From the NCBI GenBank assembly GCA_951406725.2, contig OX597816.1, positions 36,518,001-36,582,000 of the forward strand: DNA of 64,000 nt, in the 5' to 3' direction. The first letter of the stretch is position 1; each line of letters starts with the position of its first letter. The stretch is from Octopus vulgaris (taxonomy: Eukaryota). The position numbers and the translations under genes were made by a program. This document shows positions 23,900 to 36,488 of this stretch, in pieces. A model generated the notes under the pieces. That model was not told the DNA's origin. It saw nothing but the letters and a program-made list of their open reading frames with translations, and did no database searches.

Positions 23900-25330
23900 A
23901 TCGACTTCCTGTCCCATCTTCCCAAAACAACAGAAACAAATTCAGTTTTACTAAGTTTTGATGTGGTAAGCCTCTACACCAATATTCCACACGATTTAGG
24001 AATAAAGGCGATTAAATACTGGTTAGAAAAACATAGAGAAGTGATTCCCAGCAGATTCACAGTGCCATTTATATTAGACACAGTCAAACTTATTCTAGAA
24101 AATAACACATTCTTCTTCAATGGAAAGAATTACATCCAAATTAGAGGCACGGCGATGGGAACGAGGTTTGCTCCCGTTTACGCCAACTCTGTAATGGGAT
24201 ACTTAGAAGAACAACTCTACCAAGAGGTGGAGGTAAACTATGGCACTGGATTTAGAAAGTATATTGAAAAGGCATGGAAGAGATACCTAGACGACTGTTT
24301 CATAATCTGGACAGAATCTCTAAATACTCTGGAAGAGTTCAATATCCTCCTGAACAACCTACACCCATCTCTCAAATTTACAAAGGAGATGAGTAGTACC
24401 AAATTACCATTCCTGGATATAATGGTAATTAAAAAAGACACCACCATCACCACAGATATATACTATAAACACACAGACACACATCAATACCTAAATTTTA
24501 AGTCGTGCCATCCACCACATACAAAACGTAACATCCCATACTGCCTAGCCAGAAGAATTTGTACTATTGTAGAAGATGCAAATATCAGGAACAAACGCCT
24601 AATAGAACTAAGAGAATTTTTGCTCAAACAAAAATACCCATCTCTACTTATAGAAAATGGCATACAGCGGGCTATAAAAATACCTATACAACAACTTAGG
24701 ACAACCCAAGGAAGAGGAAAACAAGAACAAGTCATACCATTCATAGTGACACACAACCCATGTCACCAGAATATCTTCAACATTGCCAAAGCAAACCTAC
24801 CAATCATTGCCCAAAGTAATGAATTAAAAGACATAATCAAGGATCGAGCTATGGTGCTTAGTAAAAGACAGCCTAAAAACTTGAAAACATTACTAACAAA
24901 GGCAAAATTTGACCTCAGCAACAAAGACCAAACATTCACGGTATCTAAATGCAATGATAGCCGATGTGGCACATGCCAATTCATACATACCGGTCAATAT
25001 ATAAACACAAAAACCGGGAAAATATTCACAAACGCGAATATGAACTGCAAAAGCAGAAATTTAATTTACTGCATCAAATGCCCAAATTGTGAAGAAATAT
25101 ATGTAGGTCAGACGGGAAACGCACTATTAGAACGCTCACGTGTACACCGGCAACAGATTAGAGACCCAGAGGTCCGTCAGATACCTTTGAGTAACCACCT
25201 AGCAACATGTGGTCGGAAAATATATATAATATTTCCATTCTACAAATTACACAGCCCAAGTGAAATCGAGAGGAAAATCAGAGAAAAGAATTTTATTGAT
25301 AAATTCGAACCCAAGCTAAATAAGCAATAA
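23900..25330 (+). CDS. Penelope-like retroelement ORF (5'-truncated reverse transcriptase + C-terminal GIY-YIG endonuclease), Neptune-like
   Basis: Open frame from the (TA)n junction (IDFLSHLP..) with RT motifs FDVVSLYTNI, GTAMG, RYLDD, PFLD, thumb TDIYYKHTD..HPP, linker CxxxxCxxC, and GIY-YIG LIYCIKC..C..IYVGQT..R..H..H..E..LN. No internal stops; the true start is missing. Confidence 0.95.
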   Translation: MDFLSHLPKTTETNSVLLSFDVVSLYTNIPHDLGIKAIKYWLEKHREVIPSRFTVPFILDTVKLILENNTFFFNGKNYIQIRGTAMGTRFAPVYANSVMGYLEEQLYQEVEVNYGTGFRKYIEKAWKRYLDDCFIIWTESLNTLEEFNILLNNLHPSLKFTKEMSSTKLPFLDIMVIKKDTTITTDIYYKHTDTHQYLNFKSCHPPHTKRNIPYCLARRICTIVEDANIRNKRLIELREFLLKQKYPSLLIENGIQRAIKIPIQQLRTTQGRGKQEQVIPFIVTHNPCHQNIFNIAKANLPIIAQSNELKDIIKDRAMVLSKRQPKNLKTLLTKAKFDLSNKDQTFTVSKCNDSRCGTCQFIHTGQYINTKTGKIFTNANMNCKSRNLIYCIKCPNCEEIYVGQTGNALLERSRVHRQQIRDPEVRQIPLSNHLATCGRKIYIIFPFYKLHSPSEIERKIREKNFIDKFEPKLNKQ

Positions 25331-25824
25331 TAATAATACTTAGAGGTATTACTTCCACTGCTACGACCATGACCACTAACAACAACAACAATACTAAAGG
25401 TGATCAAGACGAAGATAGCAGGAAAATTATCTTATTTAGGGTTAAAAGTTCTATTGCCACCACCATCACCACTAGCAACAATAATTAAGGTGCTGACAAT
25501 GATGATGATGACAATTGAAATATAAAAATATAAAAATCTCTGACAAAGGATATTTACAACATTTCTAAAAATAACCCAACAATTGCTGCTTCGGCCAGGG
25601 TCAAGATACAGGACTCTTGACCTGTCCAACAAAGCGTGATGCCTAAACCAATCAGCTCAACCAACCAATCAGCTTAAGTAATTGAGTGATACTACACACT
25701 GATTGGTCAGAATACAGTTTGCAAAACCTAGCACTCTGGAGCCTACCCAGCTGTATTTATAGCACAGAATCACTAATCTTGCTACAGTCAAAAATTGTGA
25801 AGCATGACTGTCAACACTACTACA

Positions 25825-25869
25825 TGAACCCGAAGATTGCAGAATTCAATGCATGAAAGTACTAGTTCA
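25825..25869 (+). ncRNA. Minimal hammerhead ribozyme in the PLE 3' pseudo-LTR (U4C core variant)
   Basis: Stem I UGAAC/GUUCA; core CCGAAGA; stem II UGCA/UGCA; GAAA; palindromic stem III AGUACU; CUA triplet. About 500 bp downstream of the PLE stop on the same strand. Confidence 0.8.
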
Positions 25870-26046
25870 ATCAGAATGAATATTTAACATTCTACTATTT
25901 CATTTTATTTTATTCAATTATAATATATTATCTTATAATATATCATTATAAGATTGTAAATAAAACGTGAAAATCAGACAAGGTTGGAATTCTTTTTATT
26001 AATATATTCTTCTATACACAATCACACACACCCATATATATATATA

Positions 26047-26080
<34 letters not shown>

Positions 26081-26458
26081 AAAATGTGTTGCTGAAAATG
26101 CACTTAAATTTCAAAAACTCGTGTATGTTTAAAATACATTTATTTACATATGTACCAAACTAGTTTCAACAATGTTTTTTGTTTATCAATGGTAAAACAT
26201 TGTACATTCTAACACATTAATATACAGTTTTAATTTCAAAATTACACCTTCTGTTTTGAACATGATAATTTATCAACATTGAAATATTTAAATTTAATTT
26301 TGATTTGTCCATATTGAAATTTATAACGATGTTTTTACACTTTTACCATTGATAAACAAAAAAATATTGTTGAAACTAGTTTGTTACATATGTAAATAAA
26401 TGTATTTTCGACATTCACAAGCTTTTGAAATGTAAGTGTATTTTCAGCAACACATTTT
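26081..26458. repeat. About 117-bp imperfect inverted repeat between (TA)n tracts
   Basis: 26081-26197 pairs with 26341-26458, including long exact blocks (AAAATACATTTATTTACATATGTA, TTTGTTTATCAATGGTAAAA). Confidence 0.85.
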
Positions 26459-26501
26459 CCTACATATTTTTTCCGGCGTGGAAACACCACTCCCTCTTTT
26501 G

Positions 26502-26545
<44 letters not shown>

Positions 26546-27924
26546 GAGTGCTTTTATGCATCACGAGTTCAAATGAGACTTCTCAAGATAAATAACGCAG
26601 TATTCGGTGTTGAAACACGTTACCTTGGGGGTAAATATTGCTTTTGGTATTAATTCTACTTCAGTCGCTTTTAATTGTATGTGTGTGTGCGTGTAAGTGT
26701 GTGTGTGTCTGTGTATGTGTGTGTGTGGTGTCTGTGTGAGTCTGTGTGTGCATGTTGTGTACGTCTACGTGTTTGGATACACCGGTGAAAATTGGTGTAA
26801 GTGTCATATGATGTCTTGGATCCCTAAATAGGGAACCTCCAACATTTATATTATTCAGATGAAGTCAGTCATTTGATAAACAAGTAAAAACATGCAAAAG
26901 AGAAAGAATTACTGAGCCAAGAGAAAATAAACCATAAAACATATTTTACGCACAGATCCAGTATGGTCGGAGACCAATAAATAATAATAGTCGGTAGGGC
27001 AAGTGGTGCAGGCAACTAATTTATGCATATTGTTTTCTAAAGGCTAATATGTTAGTAACGTGGTTACAAAATAAATTTTATGAATATAGCTGTCTCAATG
27101 AGTGTTCAACAAGGATTAATAAAATATCAACCTTTCCACAGCATAACTGATAACATAGAATACACCCGTGGTGTATTAAAATTATTGCTATATGAGCTTA
27201 ACTCTTTCCTCCAGTCATAATACTGTGTTGTCAATTGTAAGCGACAATTGAGTCTGGAATGAAGTGAATTTTTTATGTTAATTCTAACCTCATTTGTATG
27301 CCTACCGGTACATATGCATACTCATACATGTACACATCTATAAAGGATTGAAATACTCTGGTTTTCCATGCGGCAAAAATGCTCGTCATCTGATTGTTAG
27401 TAAGTTGGATCCACAATAACATTGACGAAGTGTTGAATCCCTGATCTGGGATGCATTGTTTACTTTAGAATGAGACTGTATTTCTTCTTGCTCTATTCGA
27501 TGTAACAGAAAATGAGAACGGGAGGCAACTCATTGATTAGCTGGCGATAATCATGCGTCACTTCCGGAGTTGCTGGTGAGCTCCCAGTTGCTTTTACTCC
27601 TCACAAAAACAATTGCATAAGTATACCTTGCGACAGACAGGGATTGAGATTCGAGCATCTTTCTATCGTCTTATACCGATATGCAATCTAGTTCGAAATA
27701 CATGTGCTATAAGTTCCGAGGTTTTAACTTCTAGATCATGGTCTAAATATAAAATAGGAATGCTTTCTTATAGCTGATCCCATGTATATTGTCCGTTGAT
27801 TCAGTCGAGATTAGGAATAGCAGTTAGAAAGTGAAGATCCTTAATACCTAAGTGTTAATATAGTAAACTGACACAAAATCGCTGAGGGTTAGTAAGGAGA
27901 GACACAAATAAGAAAGAAAGCAAA

Positions 27925-27969
27925 GGACCACTGACGCGGTCAGAGGAATGTGACGAAAGAACTCTGGCC
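27925..27969 (+). ncRNA. Hammerhead-like motif, A9C variant family
   Basis: GGACCA-CUGACGC-G-GUCA(loop)UGAC-GAAA-GAAC-UC-UGGCC. Part of a repeat (about 27870-28080) with a second copy at 35640-35860 on the minus strand. Confidence 0.6.
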
Positions 27970-28329
27970 GAAATAAGATTAAGATTAATGAAAAAATATA
28001 TAACACTGAAACAAAGTAACACCAAATATATAGTGCGTGTGTTTTTATTGGCTAAACTGGCAAAATGACCATTGTGAAATACAACAAAAACTGACACAAA
28101 GCTGTATTTAAAAGACCGATATAGATATGCAACAATTTTGATCAATGATGAAATTATGATAACAATTGTAGGGCAGCGTGTCAGATGTTATGCAACGTTA
28201 TTTTAATAGTCATAAATATAAATTGTAGCTATTCTTGCATATCTATATCTCTCTATTGTGTCTGAGGAGAGTCATTTTCTTTTTTAACATACTCACCCGT
28301 AAAATTTCAACTTATTTTTCTTTACCTAA

Positions 28330-28410
28330 AATTTTGGTTGCGTCTTGCAAACTTTTCAATAGACTTGAGAGTCAAGACTATTGAAAAGGTTGCAAGACGC
28401 AACGAAAATT
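28330..28410. repeat. 39-bp-arm hairpin (head-to-head copies of a repeat also at 11900-11945)
   Basis: 28330-28368 pairs with 28372-28410 with few mismatches. Looser pairing extends to about 28253/28460. Confidence 0.85.
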
Positions 28411-29285
28411 GTGTTAAAATATAAGGCACAAAAAGAAAACGACTTTCCCCATACACAACAGAATATGCTTCAACATACGAACTCATATAAGGAATCATGC
28501 AAACCAAATCCAAAAATGAAATCTAGCTATCTAGCTATATGTCTGTCTGTCTGTGTTTGTGTGTGAGTGTTGTTATGATGCACATGAATTCATCTGAGCG
28601 TTTTAATAGTACAAGGATATGTTTGTGAAAACAAAGATAGAGTGTAATGAAATATTCCATGTATAGCAGAGAAATGATATATTTAGCCATAGGCAGAAAT
28701 ATTTCGATATCATGTCAGCTACAAGGTATTTCTAAGGATTTTATTCATATTCTTTTTATATTGGAAAACAACATTAGTAAGGGTTCCATTCGCGCAGATT
28801 TACATTAAAATTTAATTCGAATATTCTGGTAAACTACATAATACATAACAAATGATTAACAATACCAATATCGAAATCAAGACGAAATTTTACGAGGTGA
28901 TAGCCCCAACAAATTATCATAAAAAATTATGGCATATCTTGAAATTAACATAAGGCGGGCAAATATTGCTGTTTAGATATTGTAAACTACAGTCGCCGTG
29001 ATGCCTCGATTTTACGAGATTCGTAGCTCAGTTTGCTTAAATCTAACCTATCTACGTCTTCTAAGAGATATGTATGGGACAGAAATAATGTCAATCGAGA
29101 AGAGTAGCCAATAGTATTTCAAGGTAAACTTAAGTTTTGAGAAAACTGGAACGTATTATTTAGTGAGTAGGCTTTTTTAGATATGCCATCTGGTTATATA
29201 TTTTTTTACAACGAATATATCCAAAGGAAAAAGGTATCGATGTCCTATGCAGTCAATTATTCGGAGAACTAAATCAATATTATAA

Positions 29286-29702
29286 CTCTTTACTCTCTTT
29301 TTACTCTTTTACTTGCTTCAGTCATTTGACTGCGGCCATGCTGGAGCACCGCCTTTAATCGAGCAACTCGACCCTGGGACTTATTGTTTTATAAGCCCAG
29401 TACTTATTCTATCGGTCTCTTTTGCCGAACCGCTAGGTAACGGGGGCGTAAACACCCCAGCATCAGTTGTCAAGCAATGCTAGGGGGACAAACACAGACA
29501 CACAAACACACACACGCATATATATATATATATATATATATACGACGGGCTTCTTTCAGTTTCCGTCTACCAAATTCACTCACAAGGCTTTGGTCGGCCC
29601 GAATCTATAGTAGAAGACACCAGCCCAAGGTGCCACGCAGTGGAACTGAACCCGAAACCATGTGGCTGGTAAACAAGCTACTTACTACACAGCCACTCCT
29701 GC
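29286..29702 (-). mobile_element. SINE family A, full length
   Basis: Complete reverse-complement match from the (CTCTTTTA)n tail to the CACAGCCACTCCTGC head. Confidence 0.92.
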
Positions 29703-30474
29703 TTTTATAAAAAAAACTCAATGAGTTATTGATGCTAGGAGCACTGAGTACGACCATGTGGTGATGGACAGTTTCGACAATTCAGGAGTGTTGAAATGAA
29801 ATTGTCTGGCACCTTCCAGCAAGATCAGGCTTAGATGTCCCATACAGAAGTTAAATTAATATGTGAGTGCGATTATAGTGCCAGGTGGCTTAATAGATTG
29901 AAGGAACATCATGGAATTTTATTCAACAAAGTGTGTGTACGTGTTTGTGATTGTGTATATATGTTAGTGCATGTGTTGGCGTGTGTGTGTGTGCGTGTGT
30001 ACAAGAATAATCTGAATATTCAGGAACGGGACGATGGAACTTTTAATGAATTCAAGTAGGTTATCTTCAGGCTGTAGTAACCACAAATAACTCAAATCTT
30101 TAATCAGGGGAGTGCTAATTTTAGAACTCTCTTTGAAATAACAGAAATGTAATCTTAAAATGCAACTAAATACAAAGCCGTGTTCCAGTATGAACAGACA
30201 CCAGCAGTTCAAACTAATTAAGAAACAATTGTCTAATCAATGAAGTAGCACGTATATTGTTGCCACGAAGGGAAACTTCTTCATGGGATTGACTCATCAG
30301 CTTAAGAATTTTCTCTATAATCATCAGTAAAAAAAACTGGTTCTTCTGAACATAGGGGAAAACAGGTATTAAGGTGACTTCTCATTTGCAGTATATTCAA
30401 GCGTAAACTACCAATAATATAATATGATATATATTAATATAACTGATATAATATGATAAACTAATAATACATCA

Positions 30475-30796
30475 GTGGAGGCACATGGTCTAGTGGTTAG
30501 AGTAGCGGAATCGCGGTTGAGGGATCGCGGGTTCGAATCTCAGACCGGGCGATGTGTGTGTTTAGGAGCGAAACACCTAAGCTCCACGCGGCTCCGGAAG
30601 AAGCTAATGGCGAAACGTCTGCTGACTCTTTCGCCACCACAACTTTCTCTCACTCGTTCCTCCCTCCTGCATCTTGCAGTTCACCTGCGACAGACCAGCG
30701 TCCAATCCAGGTGGGGGACCTATACAACAAGGAAACCGGGAAACCGGCCCTTATGAGCCAGGCGTGGCTGGAGAAGGAACAAATAACAACAACAAC
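30475..30796 (+). mobile_element. tRNA-derived SINE family B (head B + (AAC)n-ended tail) with 12-bp TSD
   Basis: Box A TGGTCTAGTGG, box B GGTTCGAATC. TSD AATAATACATCA at 30463-30474 and 30797-30808. Confidence 0.9.
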
Positions 30797-31577
30797 AATA
30801 ATACATCACGCATCACGCTTAACAATTTCACTAGATCCTACTCTTACATTTGAAATATTTTCAGAGGTAATCAATACGAGCATCACAAACATAACAAACA
30901 CCATTTCCACCAATATTTCCAATGCTTCTGCTGCTATTGGTTATTTTACTACAAACACAATTACTACACTAGAATAATGTATTCATATAGAGCGAAGAGA
31001 AGCACGATTAGAGATTGTTAATCCAGCAATAGCCACGAAAGAGGGTAAACTGATATGGAATAATGAACATTGATGATACACATAATGAGATTCCAAAACA
31101 TTTCATGATGCGACCGAATATCATTAGATTATATTATTGAGGTCAAATATATCTGAATTGACCTGTTTGTTCCTCGAATATCTCCTGGCATTACGTCATC
31201 AGTGAGTCCTCCATATCAGATAACATTGTCTCAACTAAAACTTTAATATCTTTTCTCTCTAACGCCGTTGACTCTCCTTGAAAAATAGGAGACTTAAAAA
31301 GTCATCAAATTTAGCCCGAACACCCTATACATTCACATACATATATACGTACATACATACATACATAGAAGAATTTTCCATCTTGTATTATTATGGGAAC
31401 AGATGCACACACATGGATGCCTGCATCAACATTTCAACCAACACATCCACATTTACAGGCAGCGGGGACAGTAAAATATTTTTGTTCATCTATTAACGAT
31501 CAGCATGAACTTTCTCAATAAGAACTTAATAAAAAAAATCAAACAAAATCATTCATACATGGCCAGCAGATATTAAC

Positions 31578-32230
31578 ATAACCCCGAGGACAAAGAAATA
31601 AGTACTCACAGTATGGTAGAAGCCATAGCCACTCATCATAAAAAGGTGTACTGGTGGAATGTTCCAGTGAAAACCTCAATAAAATCTAAGCACAACATAC
31701 CTGATATAATGATTTTGGATAGAGAAGAGTAACAGAGAAGAGTAATTTGTGGAAATTACGGCCCAAGGGATATTAATATAAAGCTGCAGGTTAGTGTAAA
31801 AGAGAACACCTATACTGAACTATTGAGAAATCTACCGTTACTCTATCCAGAATACAAGTTCTGGTTTATACCTGTAATTATTGGGGTCCTAGGATATCTA
31901 ACACATTGCCTAAATACTAATCTTGAGAAATTTGGCTTCTCAAAACCAGAAAGGAGGAAGCTAACTCGAAGACTGCAGATCCAGTACATCACTAGAACTG
32001 TAAAAATCTGTAAAACATTCCAGAAATTTATCAGTTAACATCTTTAGATATGCAAATATATGCATGATAATATATACATAAAGCAAAACATACAAATCTG
32101 CACATACACATACATACATCCAAACAAAACTACCATGTTGTTGATGTTGAAATTCCAATAAAGAAGACCTGAATGTACGTTAGAAACTGGCTCTTTCTCC
32201 ATTAGCAAGAAATATCGAATTAAAATTGAA
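31578..32230 (+). mobile_element. R4/Dong-like (restriction-like endonuclease) non-LTR retrotransposon 3' fragment
   Basis: YWWNVPVKTSIKSKHNIPDIMILDRE..KENTY..FIPVIIGVLGY..KICKTF, which fits an RLE PD..D domain, followed by a 3' UTR. Confidence 0.75.
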
Positions 32231-32269
32231 CAATGACATACATACATGCATGCATATATACATACATAG

Positions 32270-33006
32270 GCAACATATGTTAACTACCAAGTGTTGAAGT
32301 GCCCCCCTTGACCAAGTTTGCATACACGAGGCTGATAACATCATAAGACTTGGAAGACAGCTCTTTGATCAACATTCCTTGTCTGATAACCTTTAATATA
32401 CATGCCGAGAGAATCGTCAGATGAAAGGATGAACATATATGAGCAGATTATGCATATATATGTTAGTAGAAAGCTCCGAGATGATAGTAACACTGATCAT
32501 CAAAGCAGTCTATCACGGACCAATAGCCGTTTTAATACCGCCGACGTTGAAGGGTAAGTATTTGCAATCCAGGAACAGGAAATTCCAAAACCTACCTGAT
32601 GCACAAAGGTGATAAAGATGCTGGAAAAGCAGTAAAATGTGACATCCGATGCAGACTTTGTCGAGTTAAGACCGAAGATATCATCCACATAATAAACAAT
32701 TGTCCGAAAATGTCATCACGGTTTCATCTACCAAAGTGACATGATGTTGGAGCTAGGACACTCTATAATGAAATCTGTCGGAAGGATAACTCGAGGACAA
32801 ATAAATAAATACTCACTCTTTGGTAGAAGCCATAGCCATTCATAATAAAAAGGAGTACTGGTGGAACGCCCCGGTAAAATCCTCAATAAAATGTAAGCAG
32901 AACAAACCTGATATAATGATTTGAAATATAGAAGAGAAACTGTGTACAGGTGAGAAAAAATAGTTGCTCAGCAAATCTTAACATAAAGCAGTAGATGAGT
33001 GAAAAA
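32270..33006 (+). mobile_element. Second R4/Dong-like fragment (CCHC finger + RLE start), interrupted by mariner
   Basis: FAIQEQEI, CRLC..EDIIHIINNCPKMSSRF..HD, YWWNAPVKSSIKC..KPDIMI. 32790-33000 is paralogous to 31580-31800. Confidence 0.75.
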
Positions 33007-33008
33007 TA

Positions 33009-34142
33009 TTGAGTTGTCTGGAAAATACGTGCCGATTTTTAAAGGAAAGAAAAAGGTCAATAAATACTTGCTATTACATTTTTATCAACCATTTTTCATC
33101 AACCAAATATAAACCATTTTGTTGCACAATGCGTCTCCATCTTTCCTTTAACTTGAAAATACCCTCTTCCTAGAATTGAGGTGGTTTCATGGTAAAGAAT
33201 TCATCAAGATATCTTTTTACGTTATCCAAGGAATTGAAATTGTTACCATTAAGACTATTCTGCAAAGACCTGAATAAATGGAAATCCGAAGGAGTAATAT
33301 CTGGTAAATATGGAGGGTGGGGTAACACATCTCAGCCGAGCTGCAGCAACTTTTTGTCTGGTTCCCAAAGGAACGCGCGGTCTTGCATTATCGTGTTGGA
33401 AAACAACACCCTTCCTGTGTGCCGTATTTCTCAGAATTAATTGTCTGGTTACTTGGTAGAAGCTCAGATTACAGAATTCCTTTCCAATCCCACCAGACAC
33501 AAGCAACACTTTTTTAGATTGAAGACCCGCTTTTGGGGTGGCTAAGAGTGGCTCATGTCGCTTACTCCAGGATCGCTTTCTCTGAACATTTCGGTAGATA
33601 ATCTATCACAGATGGAAATGCGATCCAAAAGGTGCCCAAATGTCGTAGAGATTTGTGTACCCAAGCTTTACCAGGTACTCATGAACGTCGGATTTTGATA
33701 GGTTGAAGCTTTCTGCCAATTCTCGGGTTGTACAATGTGAGTTATTCTCAATTAATGACTTGATTTGGTCATCATCTGTAGGGATGGTCTGCCTGATCAC
33801 TCTTTATCAGTAAGGCTACAATCTCCAGCTCGGAACCTTGCGAAACACTTCCGTACAGTTCTTTCGGATAAAGAAACATCACCGTAAACTGCGCATATTT
33901 CTTTAGTTGCTTGTGAGGCATCTTTCCCTTGACGGAAAAATGAACTTTCTTATCTTCCATTTTAAAGGGTTACAGAATTAATACAGGTTATAGGAACATT
34001 AACCTTCTTCCACGAAAAGATAGCTTAAACTGTGCTCTGAATGGAGGTGTAGTCAAATCCTATTTTATGAACTCAACCATGTTATGAAAAAAGTGGAAAG
34101 GTAAGCTACTATAAATCGGCGCGAACTTTCCAGGCAACCCAA
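33009..34142 (-). mobile_element. mariner DNA transposon (decayed, internally deleted transposase)
   Basis: 30-bp TIRs (TTGAGTTGTCTGGAAAATACGTGCCGATTT vs TTGGGTTGCCTGGAAAGTTCGCGCCGATTT) with TA on both sides. Fragments MEDKKVHF, CTTRELAE, VVFQHDNARP, PPYLPDITPSDFHLF. Confidence 0.92.
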
Positions 34143-34450
34143 TAGAATACCTACCTGAATAATGGCAGTCATACATATGTTGATACATATATTCATTTCT
34201 ACTTATTCGAAGTCTAATGTTTAAGGATAACATAGATTTTGTGAACGGATTCTTCATTATTGCCGAGAAATTTTAAACGTAATATCACAACCTACTTATG
34301 TTCGCACACACACACTCATACACACAAACACACACATACACACACACATGTGCACAAAGATACATACATGCGCATAAAGGATCGATCTCAGCACTCAATA
34401 TACCATGGAACAGCAATGTATCTATGCACTGCTGTCTTCTACGTTAACAT

Positions 34451-34835
34451 GGAGGCGCAATTGCCCAGTAGTTAGGGTAGCGGACTCGCGGTCATAGGAT
34501 CGCAGTTTCGATTCCCAGACCGGGCGTTGTGAGTGTTTATTGAGCGAAAACACCTAAAAGCTCCACGAGGCTCCGGCAGGGGATGGTGATCCCTGCTGTA
34601 CTCTTTCACCACAACTTTCTCTCACTCTTACCTCCTGTTTCTGTTGTACCTGTATTTCAAAGGGCCGGCCTTGTCACTCTCTGTGTCACGCTGAATATCC
34701 CCGAGAACTACGTTAAGGGTGCACGTATCTGTGGAGTGCTCAGCCACTTACACGTTAATTTCACGAGCAGGCTGTTCCGTTGATTCGGATCAACCGGAAC
34801 CCTCATCGTCGTAACCGACGGAGTGCTTCCATCCA
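34451..34835 (+). mobile_element. tRNA-derived SINE (head B + tail X) with 13-bp TSD
   Basis: tRNA-like head with GTTTCGATTCC box B. TSD TCTACGTTAACAT at 34438-34450 and 34836-34848. Confidence 0.92.
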
Positions 34836-35511
34836 TCTACGTTAACATTAACATCATGTAAGTGTACTCAAAATGACCCAACAGAAGAGTGAGGTGAATT
34901 TACACATTGCCGAAATGTAAGTTGTGCATTTGCTTGAAGGAAACTTACTCAAATACAATTTTTCCTCCACAACTAAATTTTTGGTCTTTATGATATTACA
35001 GAACTTGCAAACATCCCTAAGGCTAAAAGCACGATGTGTCTAGTCCATTAGTGAAATTTATTTTGCCAATTGCAGTATGATACCTAAAGGAAATATATTT
35101 ATAAATGTATTATTTGCCTATGGATTTTCATTGCAGCTATTTAACTGCCGAATAATGGTTGACAGAATATTGTTAGTTGTTGTCAAGTTTATTAATTCTG
35201 TGCATGCACAAACACGGCAACATTTTATAAAGCTGTTAGCACACTCACTTACTGTAATTTTTATTTTTACTTTTTTCCTGTTACTTGCACGTAAATGAAA
35301 TCATGATCCCGATTCTGTTCATACACGGCATGTGTAAAAACAAATAGATCCAGCCAAGAACTAAACCCAGTTTACATAAATTATATAGTTTACATACACA
35401 CCACACCACACCACACCTACACTCATACACACATGCGTATGTCTGTGAGTACAAATATGTATGTATGTACAGATGGATGTATATGTATGTATATATATAT
35501 GCATATAAGAA

Positions 35512-35560
<49 letters not shown>

Positions 35561-35569
35561 TATGTATGC

Positions 35570-35632
<63 letters not shown>

Positions 35633-35639
<7 letters not shown>

Positions 35640-36109
35640 CGGAATGGTCATATTGCCAGTTTAGCCAATAAAAACACACGCACTATATATTTGGTGTTAT
35701 TTTGCTTCAGTGATATTTATTATTTACATTAATCTTAATCTTATTTCGGCCAAAGTTCTTTCGTTACACTCCTGTAACCGCATCAGTGGTCCTTTGTTTT
35801 CTTCTCACTTATTTGTGTCTCTCCTTACTAACCGTCAGCCATTTTGTATTTCTATTGTATGTCTTCATTTGCGCATGCTTATATCTCTATGTGCGTCTAT
35901 GTTTATTTAGTGTGTGTGTGGGGGGGATGCCTGTAATATTTGTATCTTCTGTTTATATACATTCTTGTAATTTGTATTTTGTTTTTGTTGTTGTTGCTTT
36001 TGTTCTAATTTTGTTCATGTGTTTACATCCACCCATTATTATCATTACATATGCTTGTATGTATGTATAACAACAATATTAGTAATAATAATAATAAATC
36101 TAATCGAAA

Positions 36110-36164
<55 letters not shown>

Positions 36165-36371
36165 CACATATATACACATATACATATATATATATATATA
36201 CACATATACATACATAGATATATATACATATATATAGTTATTCATTTCTATTTCTTTAATTATCTGTGTATTTATTATGTTTGCAGGATCCACTATCGTC
36301 ATATGTTGTGGTGTGTGCTATTGCTCCATTCTAGTTTGGCTAAACTGGCAATATGACCATTCCGAAATATA
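35633..36371. repeat. 36-bp inverted repeat bounding a PLE-type repeat
   Basis: TATATTTCGGAATGGTCATATTGCCAGTTTAGCCAA (35633-35668) is the reverse complement of 36336-36371. Confidence 0.85.
35748..35792 (-). ncRNA. Hammerhead-like motif, A9C variant family (second copy)
   Basis: Minus strand GGACCA-CUGAUGC-G-GUUACA(GGAG)UGUAAC-GAAA-GAAC-UU-UGGCC, with a 6-bp stem II. Confidence 0.65.
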
Positions 36372-36431
36372 ACGATATCTGTTTCAACACACGACTTCAC
36401 ATAAAAAATCTTGCACAACAAATATTTAAAC

Positions 36432-36488
<57 letters not shown>

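Noticed and set aside
29755-29820. Minus-strand stem followed by GAAACUGUC
   Set aside because: The CUGANGA half of the core is absent.
30475-30550. Possible tRNA genes here and at 34451, 43091 and 56861
   Set aside because: They are SINE heads that continue into SINE bodies, two of them with TSDs.
31140-31210. Minus-strand CUGAUGA core
   Set aside because: No convincing stem II, GAAA or stem I around it.
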